Source: Eledone cirrhosa
Taxonomy: Eukaryota
Length of the DNA: 64,000 nt
Direction of reading: 5' to 3'
Assembly (NCBI GenBank): GCA_964016885.1
Contig: OZ024758.1
Span: 24,428,001-24,492,000 of the forward strand
The first letter of the stretch is position 1; every line of letters starts with the position of its first letter. A program made the translations under genes and the position numbers. Under the pieces are notes generated by a model, which worked only from the letters and a program-made list of their open reading frames with translations, was not told the origin of the DNA and searched no databases. Positions 9,537 through 22,522 of this stretch are shown piece by piece.

Positions 9537-11637
9537 GAGAAAGGCAGTCTGCCCCATATCGACCCAATAGAGGGACCAGCAGTGTTAGTCGAGGGGAGTA
9601 TAATAAGTAAGGCAATCAAGGATATGAAGACGGGTAAGGCGGCTGGGCCTTCGGAAATAGTTGCTGAGATGCTGAAGGCATCTGGCACGGTGGGACACAC
9701 CATGGTCACCCGCTTATTTAACCAAGTCGTACAGAATGGGGTTGTTCCGAAGGACTGGCATAGCAGCATCATCGTTAACTGTTATAAGGGTAAAGGAGAC
9801 GCCCTAGATAGGAGTAACTATAGAGGCATTAAATTAATCGACCAGGTCATGAAGGTCACGGAAAAAGTAATAGCGCAACTAATCAGAGAGAGAATTGACC
9901 TAGATGAAATGCAGTTCGGGTTTGTGTCAGGCAAAAGTACCACAGACGCTCTTTTCATAGTACGACAACTACAGGAGAAGTACCTAGCTAAAGGTAAACC
10001 CCTCTACTTAGCTTTTGTCGACTTGGAGAAAGCCTTCGACAGAGTCCCCCGCTCCATTATCTGGTGGGCTCTTAGAAAACTAGGCGTTGACGAATGGCTT
10101 GTGAGGGCTATACAAGCCATGTATAAAGAAACAGTCAGCAAGGTTAGAATTAACAACGAATATAGTGAAGAGTTTAGCGTAAAAGTTGGCGTCCATCAGG
10201 GCTCTGTTCTCAGCCCACTACTATTTATTATTGCCCTTCAGGCTATAACAGAGGAGTTCAAGACAGGCTGCCCATGGGAACTCCTATACGCAGACGACCT
10301 GACACTCATAGCGGAATCAATGGCCGAGCTAGAGAAGAAATTCCAAACATGGAAGCACGGCCTAGAGTCAAAAGGACTTAAAATTAACCTGGCTAAGACC
10401 AAAGAACTAGTTTGTAGGAAAGAAAACAAGGCGGCGGTCCCTTCTGGGAAATGGTCGTGCTCGGTGTGTAGGAAAGGCGTAGGTAGAAACTCCATTTTAT
10501 GTCCTAAATGCAAAGTATGGGTGCATAAAAGATGTAGTGGGATCACAGGTAAGCTAACTAAGAACATAGATTTTACATGTGGCCGGTGCTCTGGTGCAAT
10601 AAGTAGCAGCAAGTGCCCACAAGCTACTAGCTCTTTCAATTGCGCAGAGGGTTCTATAGAAATAGTGGACAGCTTCCGTTACCTGGGCGATAAAATCAGC
10701 AGTGGGGGAGGGTGCTCTGAAAGTACTGTAGCTAGAGTCAGAACTGGTTGGAAAAAGTTCAGAGAGCTTATACCACTATTAGCTGCTAAAGGGTTCTCAC
10801 TAAAAATGAAAGGCAGGTTGTACGATGCCTGCATACGAACAGCAATGCTGCATGGCAGTGAGACCTGGGCATTGTGTGCAGAGGATATACGCAGACTAGA
10901 GAGGAACGAAGCTTGCATGCTCCGCTGGATGTGTAACAGTAATATACGTGAACGGCAAAGCATAAACGAACTAAGGAAAAAATTAGAGATAAGAGGGATC
11001 AGATGTTGTTTACTCGAGAGAAGGCTACGTTGGTATGGACACGTGATGCGCATGAAAGTCGATAGCTGTATAACAAAGTGCAGGGCAATAAAGATAGACG
11101 GTAGTCACGGAATAGGCAGACCTAGAAAAACCTGGGACGAGCTGATAAACTCCGACATCACACACTTACACCTCTCCAAGACAATGTCACTGGACCGAGA
11201 CCTTTGGCGGTACTCAGTAACAGAGAAGACCCGCCTTACCTAAATATATAGTAAAACCTACTCCAGCCAGTAGGCATCCCTAACAAAATACACCCCGTCC
11301 CACCACCCCCACCCCTACCCCATCCACACCACCCCGTTCTATGTAAAGTTATGTTGGTGCCGCGCCATCGAGGCCGAAACAAATGAGATCGTGTGTCACG
11401 ACAAAAAAACACACAGTCCACGCTGTAATGTGGCCGTGTAGGCAACACGGTAAAAACCTCCCAGACCCACACTGTAAATGTGGTTGGTGTTAGGAAGGGC
11501 ATCCAACTGTAGAAAACCTGCCAGACAGTCCTATGCGAGCAAGACAATCACTCTTGCCTCAAGTGGGACTACCCCCGTCCAAACCCATGCAAGCGTGGAA
11601 CACGGACGTTAAACGTTGATGATGATGATGATGATGA
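9532..11637 (+). mobile_element. 5'-truncated RTE-clade LINE (family RTE-1), copy 1
   Basis: RT ORF followed by a ~390-bp 3' UTR ending in (GAT)n; the 5' end abuts a (TA)n tract. Confidence 0.95.
9534..11243 (+). CDS. RTE LINE reverse transcriptase (5'-truncated, frame intact) with inserted C4HC3 PHD-like finger
   Basis: Motifs NYRGIKL, QFGF, FVDLEKAFDRV, GVHQGSVLSP, LLYADD, FRYLG, and the RTE C-terminus RLRWYGHVMR...GRPRKTW. No endonuclease domain, consistent with truncation. Confidence 0.93.
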
Positions 11638-12278
11638 TATATGTGAAAAAATGGGGAGAAGAATACTGCAGGTTGCACATGGATAACATGTTATAAAATG
11701 AGTCCCTCATCAGTGATTTGCCAACGATCATAGATATTTCATTGCATTAAAAATCATATACCTCACGTTGGTGCAATAATAACTAAATTAAGTTATTAAG
11801 TTATTAGGACAATTAAAACGCGTAAAGCGAGTGAGACAAGTAAACAACAAAGAGAAAAGCTAACCGTAGAGAGGAAGAGGCACAAGCTACATAGTTATTC
11901 TGTCAGCATAAGCTGGGTGAATATATGAGCGCGTAGAAAATAGACCTTTCGAGATGAATTCAATGTAAGAAAGAAGGAAATTGTTTTCGTCGCGAACGGG
12001 GTGAAGTGAGAAGGGGAGAAACAGTGAGTGAGTGAGTGTGAGGAAGAGGTCAGTAGAGAGAAAGTGTTAACTGACATGACAGAGGGGGCGAAAGAAAGTA
12101 AGAGAAACAGAGAGAACGAGGGAGCAGTAAGAGAGAGAGAGAAAAACAGAATCGCAGTTTAGGTAAATATATGTGAAAAAATGGGGAGAAGAATACTGCA
12201 GGTTGCACATGGATAACATGTTATAAAATGAGTCCCTCATCAGTGATTTGCCAACGATCATAGATATTTCATTGCATT
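11637..12278. mobile_element. Non-coding element with identical 112-bp terminal direct repeats (11637-11748, 12167-12278)
   Basis: Exact direct repeat at offset 530 with TA at both ends. Each repeat carries CTGATGA...AACATGTT on the minus strand. Confidence 0.7.
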
Positions 12279-12737
12279 TATATATATAACAAAGGAAATG
12301 TGGTAAGGAACCAGGTGGACCATAACGCACCAAAGTACTCAATACTTGGGGTAATAGAGTGGGTAATAGGAACAAGTAGGACTATATATATATATACATA
12401 CATACATACATATGCCCACTCTCATCTATCTTTCTATTTCTTCTCTAACTTCTCATTCTATATTCTGATGAAGGACCACCATCCGAAATATTAAGACTAT
12501 TCCTACTATATTAAACGTGAAACTAATATACATCTTTATTGAACCTCATTGTCTAGCGTGATCTTTCCATATACTTTTCACACCCACATACACACATACG
12601 TATGTAAGTATGCATGCACATACACACACAGTTTTCCAAGAGATAGCAACATGAATGGACCTGTTATTTTTCTCTAAAAACATTTTTTTCCAATTCCACC
12701 CCGCCCGTCCCTTCAATCTATCTAATTTCTCATCCTT

Positions 12738-12773
12738 TCTTCTGATGAAGGACTAGCATCTGAAATGTTAAGA
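12738..12773 (+). ncRNA. Degenerate minimal hammerhead-like motif (related copy at 12462-12496)
   Basis: TCTT CTGATGA aGGA-ctagca-TCT GAAA TG TT AAGA; second copy CTGATGA aGGA-ccacca-TCC GAAA TA TT AAGA. Both are consistent with CpG-decayed GAAACGTT. Confidence 0.5.
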
Positions 12774-12900
12774 CCCTCTTCTGTTATATCAAGCGTTAAC
12801 TTAATATATTCCTTCTATATACTGTACCGATTGTGTTGTTACTTCAGTTTACTTTTACATACATACATACATACATTATATATATATATATATGCCTCAT

Positions 12901-13335
12901 GGAGGCACATGGCTTAGTGGTCAGAGCATTAGGCTTGCAATCGAAAGGTTGTGAGTTCAATTCTCAGACCGGGTGATGTGTTGTTTCCTTGAGCAAGACA
13001 CTTTATTTTACATTGCTCCAATTTACTCAGCTGTAGAAATGAGATGTTAGGGATTGGGGTCCCTATCATTCCACTGCAAAGTGGTTGTGGAGGCGCCACG
13101 GCAAAAAAGCACCCAGCCCACACTGTAAAGTGGACATTTAGGTGCCACGGAAAAAAAAGCACCCAGCCCACACTGTAAAGTGGACGTGTAGGTGCCACGG
13201 CAAAAAAGCACCCAGCACTCACTGTAAATGAGGTTGGTGTTAGGAAGGGCATCCAGCTGTAGAAATCAAGCCAGAATCAGTTCCCGTCCCACCCTTGCAA
13301 GCAGGGAAAAGCGGACGTAAAATGATGATGATGAT
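12901..13335 (+). mobile_element. SINE A with three ~48-bp internal units
   Basis: Colinear with 8892-9233 plus two extra units. Confidence 0.9.
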
Positions 13336-13787
13336 ATATATATATTAAAATAACAGATTAAAGTATAATTATATATATATATTAACCATGGTTTGGTAAA
13401 GTAACTCTTAAAGCACTTCAGTTCTTGCTATTCCTGCCTAATAACTAATTGAATATTTACTTTCCTTAGTTTCTTTACTTTGCTTTCTCTTTTTTTTTTT
13501 AATTTATTTTTTTTTTTTTGTTCCCTTTCTTCTTTTAGTTCCATTTTACAACTTGTTTGGTAAACATGGAATTACTGATTGTTTGGCAAGCACGGAATTT
13601 CACTTTGATGAATTTGTTTTCCAATGTTTCAATGAAACCGTTGAAATAATGTAATTTCCTGACATTTCCTTCAGTTTACCATGATAGAAGAGACACTGGC
13701 ACAACCATGTTAGATGCTACAACAACAACATATTTATCAGGTCTTTATACAAATCTTATAGTCTAACTGACAGAATGAATTTGATGT

Positions 13788-14420
13788 TAGAGAGAGGGAG
13801 AGTTAGAGAGGGGGAGGGTGACAGATAAAGCAAGATAATTTATACATAGAGAGAGGAGGAGAGGGGAGAGAGGGGGAGAGAGGGGAGAGAGGGGGAGAGA
13901 CGGGGAGAGGGGGAGAGAGGGGGAGAGACGGGGAGAGAGGGGGAGAGAGGAAGGAGGGGTACAGTGTGTATGTGTGGGAATATTTTCATTATTACACAAG
14001 TTACTATGTACACCACCACACACACACACACACCACACCACACATACCACCACCACCACACACGCACCACACATACCACGACCAACACACACCACCACGA
14101 CCAACACACACCACCAACACCACAACCACCACACACACCACCATGACCAACATACACCACCAACACCACCACCACAACCACCACACACACCACCATGACC
14201 AACACACACCACCAACACCACCACCACAACCGCCACACACAACCTCCACACATACCACCACGACCACCGCCACACACAACCTCCACACATACCACGACGA
14301 CCAACACACACCACCACAACCACCACACATACCACCACGACCACCACACACCACCAACACACACCACCACAACCACCACATACACACAACCACCACATAC
14401 ACCACCAACACTCAACACAC
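13788..14420. repeat. (GA)-rich then (CA/CAC)-rich low-complexity tract
   Basis: Direct inspection; similar (TG)/(CA) tracts at 16150-16520 and 30390-30832. Confidence 0.95.
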
Positions 14421-14498
14421 GTGTGCGTTTAGTTGCAACAACCACATGGGACCCAAGAGATCAACTGAAATGAAACCATTTTTCACTACAAACATGAT

Positions 14499-15430
14499 TT
14501 AACCCTTTAGTATTCACATTACTCTATATATACTATTATATTTTCATGGTAAAGGCTTTACCTCACATAATATCTCACATAACATTCACATTACTCTATA
14601 TATACTATTATATTTTCATGGTAAAGGCTTTACCTCACATAATATCTCACATAACATTTACAATACTCTATATATACTATTATATTTTCATGGTAAAGGC
14701 TTTACCTCACATAATTATCTCACATAATATTCACATTACTCTATATAAACTATTATATTTTCATGGGAAAGGCTTTACCTCACATAATTATCTCACATAA
14801 TATTCACATTACTCTATATAAACTATTATATTTTCATGGTAAAGGCTTTACCTCACATAATTATCTCACATAATATTCACATTACTCTATATAAACTATT
14901 ATATTTTCATAGTAAAGGCTTTACCTCACATAATATCTCACATAACATTCACATTACTCTATATATACTATTATATTTTCATGGTAAAGGCTTTACCTCA
15001 CATAATTATCTCACATAACATTAACATTACTCTATATAAACTATTATATTTTCATGGTAAAGGCTTTACCTCACATAATTACCTCACATAACATTCACAT
15101 TACTCTATATAAACTATTATATTTTCATGGTAAAGGCTTTACCTCACATAACATTCACATTACTCTATATATACTATTATATTTTCATGGTAAAGGCTTT
15201 ACCTCACTTAGTTATCTCACATAACATTTACATTACTCTATATATACTATTATATTTTCATGGTGAGTGCTTTACCTCACATAGTTATCTCACATAATAT
15301 CGAATCTATGAGATTTTGAAAGTATTTATTTTGAGAACAATACCTTAACATCAGTTTGAGCGACCAGTTACAGCCAGTTTCAACAGAAAGAGGTAGAGAA
15401 TTCTGGCCGGTTTGAAAACTAAAGGGTTAA
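14499..15430. mobile_element. piggyBac-like MITE with an internal 72-73-bp tandem array (~11 units)
   Basis: TTAA/TIR ends are intact; the subterminal unit is amplified at 14512-15300. Confidence 0.88.
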
Positions 15431-16715
15431 CTGCAGTAAAGTTCTTGTATAAATAAGTCTGACATTACAAAAATAACTTGAATTTGTTTTGCAAGGTTTT
15501 TGAAAATAGAATAAGAAAACATTACAGTAACACAACGGGAGGAAACATAATAATGTCAGTCACTAATGATGTCACAGTTGTGTGACGAAAGAACTCAGAG
15601 ACTATATTTATATCTATATTTATAACTGTTGGCCAATCAATGATAAACATTGATTACCAGCTGAATTAATTATGGAAATATAAAATATACTGAAGTAAAA
15701 ACCAAACCATACCAAACCAGACAGTGAGTGTGTTTTACTATATATTTCTGGCAATATTATAACAACATGACCCTCCCAAAATATAACAATAAAATAATTT
15801 GATTGACAAGGAAATTCACAGGATTATTTCACAAAAGAATCTCAGCAAAATGAATTAATTTTCATAATTTTTTAGTTTTTAAATTTTTAATATGATTTTA
15901 CTGAAAATTTTATTTATGCAATCTGTTTTCCAATATTTAGCAATAATAAATTCGATTAGTTAAAAGGTTCCATTGATTGGAAAATCATTTTTTGAATGGA
16001 TTGCATGCTCCAACAATTTTGATTAGAATTTTAGGAATAAATCAATTAAAAAATATATAAATTTCCATAATTCTTTTGTTCATTCATAGAAAAGATTTTT
16101 TTTTAAAATCATAATATACTTAACATATATATAGACAAGCGAACTTCCTACCACACACACTTGTGTGTGGTGTGTGTGTATGAATATGTCTGTGTGTGAG
16201 GTGTGTGTGTGTGAATGTCTCCGTGTGTGTGAGAATGTGTATGTGTATGTGTGAATGCGTATGTGTGTGTGTGTGAATATGTGTGAGTGTGTGTGTGAAT
16301 GTGTATGTGTGTGTGAATATGTGTGTGTGTGTGAATGTATGTGTGTGTGTGTGAATGTATGTGTGTGTGTGTGAATGTATGTGTGTGTGTGTGAATGTAT
16401 GTGTGTGTGTGAATGTGTGTGTGGTGTATGTGTGTGTGTGGTATATGTGTGTGTGTGGTGTGTGTGGTGTATGTGTGTGAGTGGGTGTGCATGTGTGTGT
16501 TGGTTGGTTGGTTGGTTGGTCTACACCCATGGTTATGCACATTTGAATTTGGATGCCCTCAGATGAGAGGTTTGCCTGATTAACAAGTCTGCTGATCAGA
16601 TTGGAGCTAGATCTATAACATTAATATGGAACCTGGGCCACCCCTCTGTGAAGTGGTCGTAACTGAGTATAATCAATAAAAGCCTAAATGCGAAACCTCG
16701 TTTTGATTTATATAT

Positions 16716-17058
16716 GGAGGCACATGGCTTAGTGGTTAGAGCATTGACCTTGCAATCGAAAGGTTGTGAGTTCAATTCTCAGACCGGGTGATGTGTTGTT
16801 TCCTTGAGCAAGACACTTTATTTCACATTGCTCCAGTTTACTCAGCTGTAGAAATGAGATGATAGGGACTGGGGTCCATATCATTCCACTGCAAAGTGGT
16901 CGTGGAGGTGCCACGGCAAAAAAGCACCCAGCACTCACTGTATATGAGGTTGGTGTTAGGAAGGGCATCCAGCTGTAGAAATCAAGCCAGAATCAGTTCC
17001 CGTCCCACCCTTGCAAGCAGGGAAAAGTGGACGTAAAATGAAATGATGATGATGATGA
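16716..17058 (+). mobile_element. SINE A
   Basis: Colinear full copy. Confidence 0.9.
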
Positions 17059-17099
17059 TATATATCTACCCTTGCTAGCAGGGAAAGTGGATGTTGAAA

Positions 17100-17288
17100 T
17101 AATTGTTTCTACTTTTGGCACAAGGCCAGCAATTATCCCAGTGCATTACTGGTACTTTATTCTATCGACCCCGTAAGGATGAAAGGCAAAGTTAACCTCG
17201 GCGGGATTTGAGCTCAGAATGGCAAGGGCCGTAACTCTATGCGTCAAAGCATGGCGTCCGACCCTCTACCGATACTGCCAATCCACCA
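17100..17288 (-). mobile_element. SINE B
   Basis: Reverse-complement full copy. Confidence 0.88.
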
Positions 17289-17349
17289 AAATAATGATGA
17301 TGATGATATATATATGTGTGTGTATATATATATACATATGTAGTGTATA

Positions 17350-17620
17350 TTAGTGGCCTAGTAGTATGGGTGTTGGACTTATGATTCTAATGTTGAGGGT
17401 TGAATTCCTGGGTTGCATGTTGTGTTCTTGAGCAAAACACTTCATTTCATGTTGCTCCAGTATACTCAGCTGAAAATGAGTACCAGCAATAGCTGGGGTT
17501 TAACCCAACAATGGACTATCATCCTGTCCAGGAGGAGTCTTGTACTCTCAGTTGCTTCACGCCAGGAAACCGAGATAAGCACCGGCCAAATGAGCCTTCT
17601 GGCTTAAGACAGACTTTAGA
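17350..17620 (+). mobile_element. SINE family C (other copies at 19305-19592, 35878-36160, 44790-45045 minus)
   Basis: tRNA-like head tggcctagtggtaagggtgttggac, centre ttgagcaaaacac, tail ...gagccttctggcttaagacagac. Confidence 0.8.
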
Positions 17621-17751
17621 TATTTTTGTATATATATATATGTGGGTGTGTATGTATGTGTGTGTATATATATATATTCCTTTTTATTTCTTTTACTTGT
17701 TCCAGCCATCCGGCTGAGGCCATGTATATATATATATATATATATATATAT

Positions 17752-18077
17752 GTAGGAGGTGAGTTTTATTGTAGTACAATAAAGCAATGCAGATATCGGA
17801 TAAGAAGCACTCTACAGTTTGTAGGACTGGAGTATACATAATATATAAGAACAAAAGATGGTTAAAAGATATGTTGATTTAAAACTGAGTTAAAAGATAT
17901 GTTGATATGTTGATTTAAAACTGCACTATCCACAAGTGTTTTTTAACCTTCATATCATGTCTTCCTATTTTATCTGATGAAAACACAAATATTATTGCAT
18001 GATGATATTTGTTTTTGAAATGCGCATAATAAAATACATGGAACTCTTTTAACCATCTTTTGTTCTTATATATTATA
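17752..18077. mobile_element. Family M element with 5' inversion and HHR
   Basis: Inverted overlap ~17838-17869 / 18046-18077; GCACTC motif at 17807; (TA)n on both sides. Confidence 0.78.
17966..18036 (+). ncRNA. Type I hammerhead ribozyme motif (family M)
   Basis: Stem I TATTTTAT/ATAAAATA, CTGATGA 17974-17980, stem II AAACACAAATATT/GATATTTGTTTTT, GAAA 18017-18020, palindromic stem III ATGCGCAT. Predicted cleavage after 18028. Confidence 0.85.
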
Positions 18078-18387
18078 TATATATATATATATGTATATAA
18101 ATCTATCTAAACCAGGTTAACAAGATATTAAGGCGCAATAGACTGCATCAGGAAACAAATACAAAAAATTTTGCAAAGTTAAATAAACTAATTTGGTATT
18201 TGAAAGTGGAGAAGACATTATGTACTTAAACTAAATTATATATGGGTATTGTGTGGTTAATTAGGCTAAAATACATAAAGGCAGTAAGAGCAATATTACA
18301 CATTAACCAGTTGAGAAGTTTTCATTAAAAAAAATCATTATAAATGTACTGAAATCAATATTTCTGATCATTATGAAATATACAGAT

Positions 18388-18579
18388 AGGGTGGTGGATT
18401 GGCAGTATCTGTAGAGGGTCGGACGCCAAGCTTTGATGCATAGAGTTACGGCCCTTGCCATTCTGAGTTCAAATCCCGCCGAGGTTAACTTTGCCTTTCA
18501 TCCTTACGGGGTCGATAAAATAAAGTACCAGTAATGCACTGGGATAATTGCTGGCCTTGTGCCAATGGTAGAAACAATT
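18388..18579 (+). mobile_element. SINE B with 20-bp TSD
   Basis: attatgaaatatacagatag at 18370-18389 and 18577-18596. Confidence 0.92.
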
Positions 18580-20089
18580 ATGAAATATACAGATAGCTGT
18601 TTTTTTTACATCCTGTGTTATGAAGGGAATACTATGGATGTCAACCAATCAATGAGTATCATTTGTTGTGATATGGCTCCATGTAAGATAGTTTAACCCT
18701 TTTGATAGTAATACAGCCAAAACTAGCTCTGGCTCTATGAAACAAAATCACTTGGTTTAAAGGGTTCTTATTTAACCCATTAGCATGTAAACCAGATATA
18801 CCTGGCCAGAATTTTCTGACCTCTTTCTGTTCAAACCAGCTGTAAGCAAGGTTGGACCAACTCAATACTGAAGTGGGGCTACTGATCTCCCAGACAGGCC
18901 AGGGAACTGCATCTTGCTTATGGACAGTCTCATGTTCTGCCGAATGCACAATAGAGGTTGTCATGTCTTTGACACAACTGAAGAGTTCTTCCCAACCCTT
19001 TGTTTGACAAATATTCTATGGCTGGATGCCCTTCTTATCACCAACCACTTTACAGTATATACTGGGTTGCGTTTATCATGTAGATCACCAACATTAGGGA
19101 GGTTGTCATGACCTTCACACAACTTAAGGGCCTTCCCAATTGTTTGGCAAGCTTTCAATGGCTGGATGCCCTTCCTATCACCAACCACTTTACAGCATGT
19201 ACTGAATGAATTTAACAATTAAGAAAAGAGACATAAATACATACTCATGAAAGAAAAAATGCAAAAACTGAAATTTGAGAACCTTTTGCTTAACTTTATT
19301 ACAGAAGACATGTGGTCTAGTGGTAAGGGTGTTGGACTTATGATCATAATGTCGTGGGTTCGATTCCTGGACTGGGTTGCATGTCGTGTCCTTGAGCAAA
19401 ACACTTCATTTCACGTTGCTCCAGTATTCTCAGCTGAAAACGAGTACCAGCAATAACTGGGGGGGGGGGGGTTAACCCTGCGATGGACTGGCGTCCTGTC
19501 CAGGGGGAAGTCTTGTACTCTCGGTCGCTTCATGCCATGAAACCGGGATAAGCACCGACCTAACAAGCCTTCTGGCTTATGACAGACTTTTAATACAGTC
19601 TGTACTGCACTGTACAACTACAGATTTAAAGTAGATCTACACCAACCTCCCTCAGTGGCCAAACGATCTAAATTTCAAGTAGCAATAAAACAGATATGAA
19701 AAACCTGCATCGTAAATTATGTCAGCATTGATTGTGCAGTAAAAAAACATTCTAAACAAAAGTACTTCTATTATTACTAAGTGGTTTTTTTTTTCCTATC
19801 AAATAACAGTGATTGTGACTTAAAGGTAGAGAATATTTGGTAAAGGGATGGTAAAGGGAGGAGGAAGAAGAAGAAAAATTGGTATTCTGAGGGAATGGAA
19901 GCATGTGGTGAAATATTGGGGTTATTGGGAAGATTGGAGTGAATGGTGGTGGTGAGAAGTTGATGGGTGGAGAGAGAGAGAGAGAGGGGGGGAGGGGAGG
20001 GAGTAGATAAGTATGGCTGACAGTGTGAGGGGGGAGTGGTATCAATGACGGAAGGTGGGGTAAGAGTGAAGGAAAATTGCTGTGAGAGA

Positions 20090-20760
20090 AGGTGAGGTGT
20101 TGTCGAGTGAGGGTGAGATGGTGAGTGAAGGTGAGATGGTGAGTGAAGGTGAGATGGTGAGTGAAGGTGAGATGGTGAGTGAAGGTGAGATGGTGAGTGA
20201 AGGTGAGATGGTGAGTGAAGGTGAGATGGTGAGTGAAGGTGAGATGGTGAGTGAAGGTGAGATGGTGAGTGAAGGTGAGATGGTGAGTGAAGGTGAGATG
20301 GTGAGTGAAGGTGAGATGGTGAGTGAAGGTGAGATGGTGAGTGAAGGTGAGATGTTGTCGAGTATGAGATTTGTGAGTGAAGGTAAGGTTTTGTTGAGTG
20401 AAGGTGCAGTATTGTGGAAAGAAGACAATATTTTTGTGAGTAAAAATGATGGGTTGATGAGTGAAGGTGAGTTGTTTATGAGTGAAGGAGAGTTGTTTAT
20501 AAATGAAGATCAATTGATGAGTGGAGGTCAGTTGTTGATGAGTGAAGGTCAGTTGTTGATGAGTGAAGGTCAGTTGTTGATGAGTGAAGATCAGTTGATG
20601 AGTGGAAGTCAGTTGTTGATGAGTGAAGGTCAGTTGTTGATGAGTGAAGATCAGTTGATGAGTGAAAGTCAGTTGTTGATGAGTGAAGGAAAGTTGCTTG
20701 TGAATAAAGAGGAGTTGTTTATGAGTGAAGGTGATGTGACGATTATTGAAAGGTGAGTTA
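20090..20760. repeat. 18-bp perfect array grading into degenerate 18/21-bp units
   Basis: (gtgagtgaaggtgagatg)n, then (atgagtgaaggtcagttgttg)n. Confidence 0.95.
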
Positions 20761-22074
20761 TTGCTGAGTACAGGTAACAATGAAAGAGTGGGTACACAGT
20801 CACTGATGAAATTTCAACACAGTACTGTATCTAGATAAACTGAGCCATCTTTTTCTAACTACAAGGATATAGTAATTGAAGACATCTTTACATCTGTTTC
20901 ATACAATTTTGGCTATAATCTACAGATATAATATTCTACAGCACATAATAGAATTTACTAAATCTGAACCAAACCAAAATAGAAAAACGAAAAAAAAAAT
21001 ACAAGCTTTTGTTCAGAGAGTTTTGTGTTATTTAGAAACAGCCTTTTATACAAACAATGTTATCCAAGATATTTCAGTAAATCAAAGAATAAAAAAAATA
21101 TTCAATATTCTTTATTCCTAATCCTTGTTTTATAATTATGTAAACAGCACAAGTTGTATTGTGTTTCATTTAAAAACTTTTCTATCTTATATAATAGCCA
21201 GCATGATTTACTACAGATGATGGCATGTTAAAATACTTAAGACAGAAATAAATATATAAAATGATGTATAAAAAAATCCTTAAATAAATCGAAAGTAAAA
21301 TACATTGCAGCCATTAATAACAGTAAATTAAGTAAACCATCTGCTTCTGACACAATTTTCCCAATATTTTCTCATATCCCTGACATGTTATTTCCGAATA
21401 AGCAAGTGATAGACAGTGTTTATGTGGTTTACAGTTTAAGAAATTACAACAGTTTCACAACAAAATGCCATCTCAGCTAGAGATCATATAAAAATGTAAC
21501 CCTTTAGCATTTAAACCGTCCATATCCAGCCAGAATTCTCTCAACTCTTTCTGTTCAAACTAACCGTAACTGGCCACTCATACCAATGTTAAGGTATTGT
21601 TCTCAAAATAAATAACACCAAAATCTCATAGATTCAATATTATGTGAGATAATTATGTAAAGTAAAGCTCTTACCGTGAAAATACAATAGTAAATATAGA
21701 GTAATGTAAATGCTAAAGGGTTAAGATATTACAAGTTTCACAACAAAATGCCATCTGAGCTAGAGATCATAATAAAATTTCAAGTATACCAATTAGTAAT
21801 ATTTACTCTGAAATATGCATTGCTTTTATATCCATTTTTTTTCTTGTTGGCATGGGTTCAATGAGATATTTTGAGGCAGCATTCTACAGCTGGATGTCTT
21901 TCCTCATGCTAAATCTTTAGCTTTTTAAGTAAAGTACATTTTACTGGTTGGATAACATCCATGAGCTTGCCGGCCTTGCTTGGAGATCCGACAGGACCCG
22001 TTGGAAGGAGTGTTTGAAAACTCTGCTCCCACGACCCTCACAGGAATAAGTGGGCGAAGAAGATAAATATATAT

Positions 22075-22418
22075 CATTTTCATCATCATTTCATTTTACG
22101 TCCGCTTTTTCCCTGCTTGCAAGGGTGGGACGGGAACTGATTCTGGCTTGATTTCTACAGCTGGATGCCCTTCCTAACACCAACCTCATTTACAGTGAGT
22201 GCTGGGTGCTTTTTTGCCGTGGCACCTCCACAACCACTTTGCAGTGGAATGATATGGACCCCAGTCCCTATCATCTCATTTCTACAGCTGAGTAAACTGG
22301 AGCAATGTGAAATAAAGTGTCTTGCTCAAGGAAACAACACATCACCCGGTCTGAGTATTGAACTCACAACCTTTCGATTGCAAGGCCAATGCTCTAACCA
22401 CTAAGCCATGTGCCCCCA
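22075..22418 (-). mobile_element. SINE A
   Basis: Reverse-complement full copy. Confidence 0.9.
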
Positions 22419-22489
22419 TATATATATATATATATCCCGTCTAACCCATGCTAGCGTGGAAGATGGACGTTAAACAATGATGATGATGA

Positions 22490-22522
<33 letters not shown>

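Noticed and set aside
10238-11053. Antisense ORFs within RTE-1
   Set aside because: Shadows of the RT frame; present in both copies only because the copies are nearly identical.
20082-20756. (MVSEGE)n ORF and the antisense (LTFTHH)n ORF
   Set aside because: Products of 18/21-bp repeats open in several frames; no splice or domain evidence.
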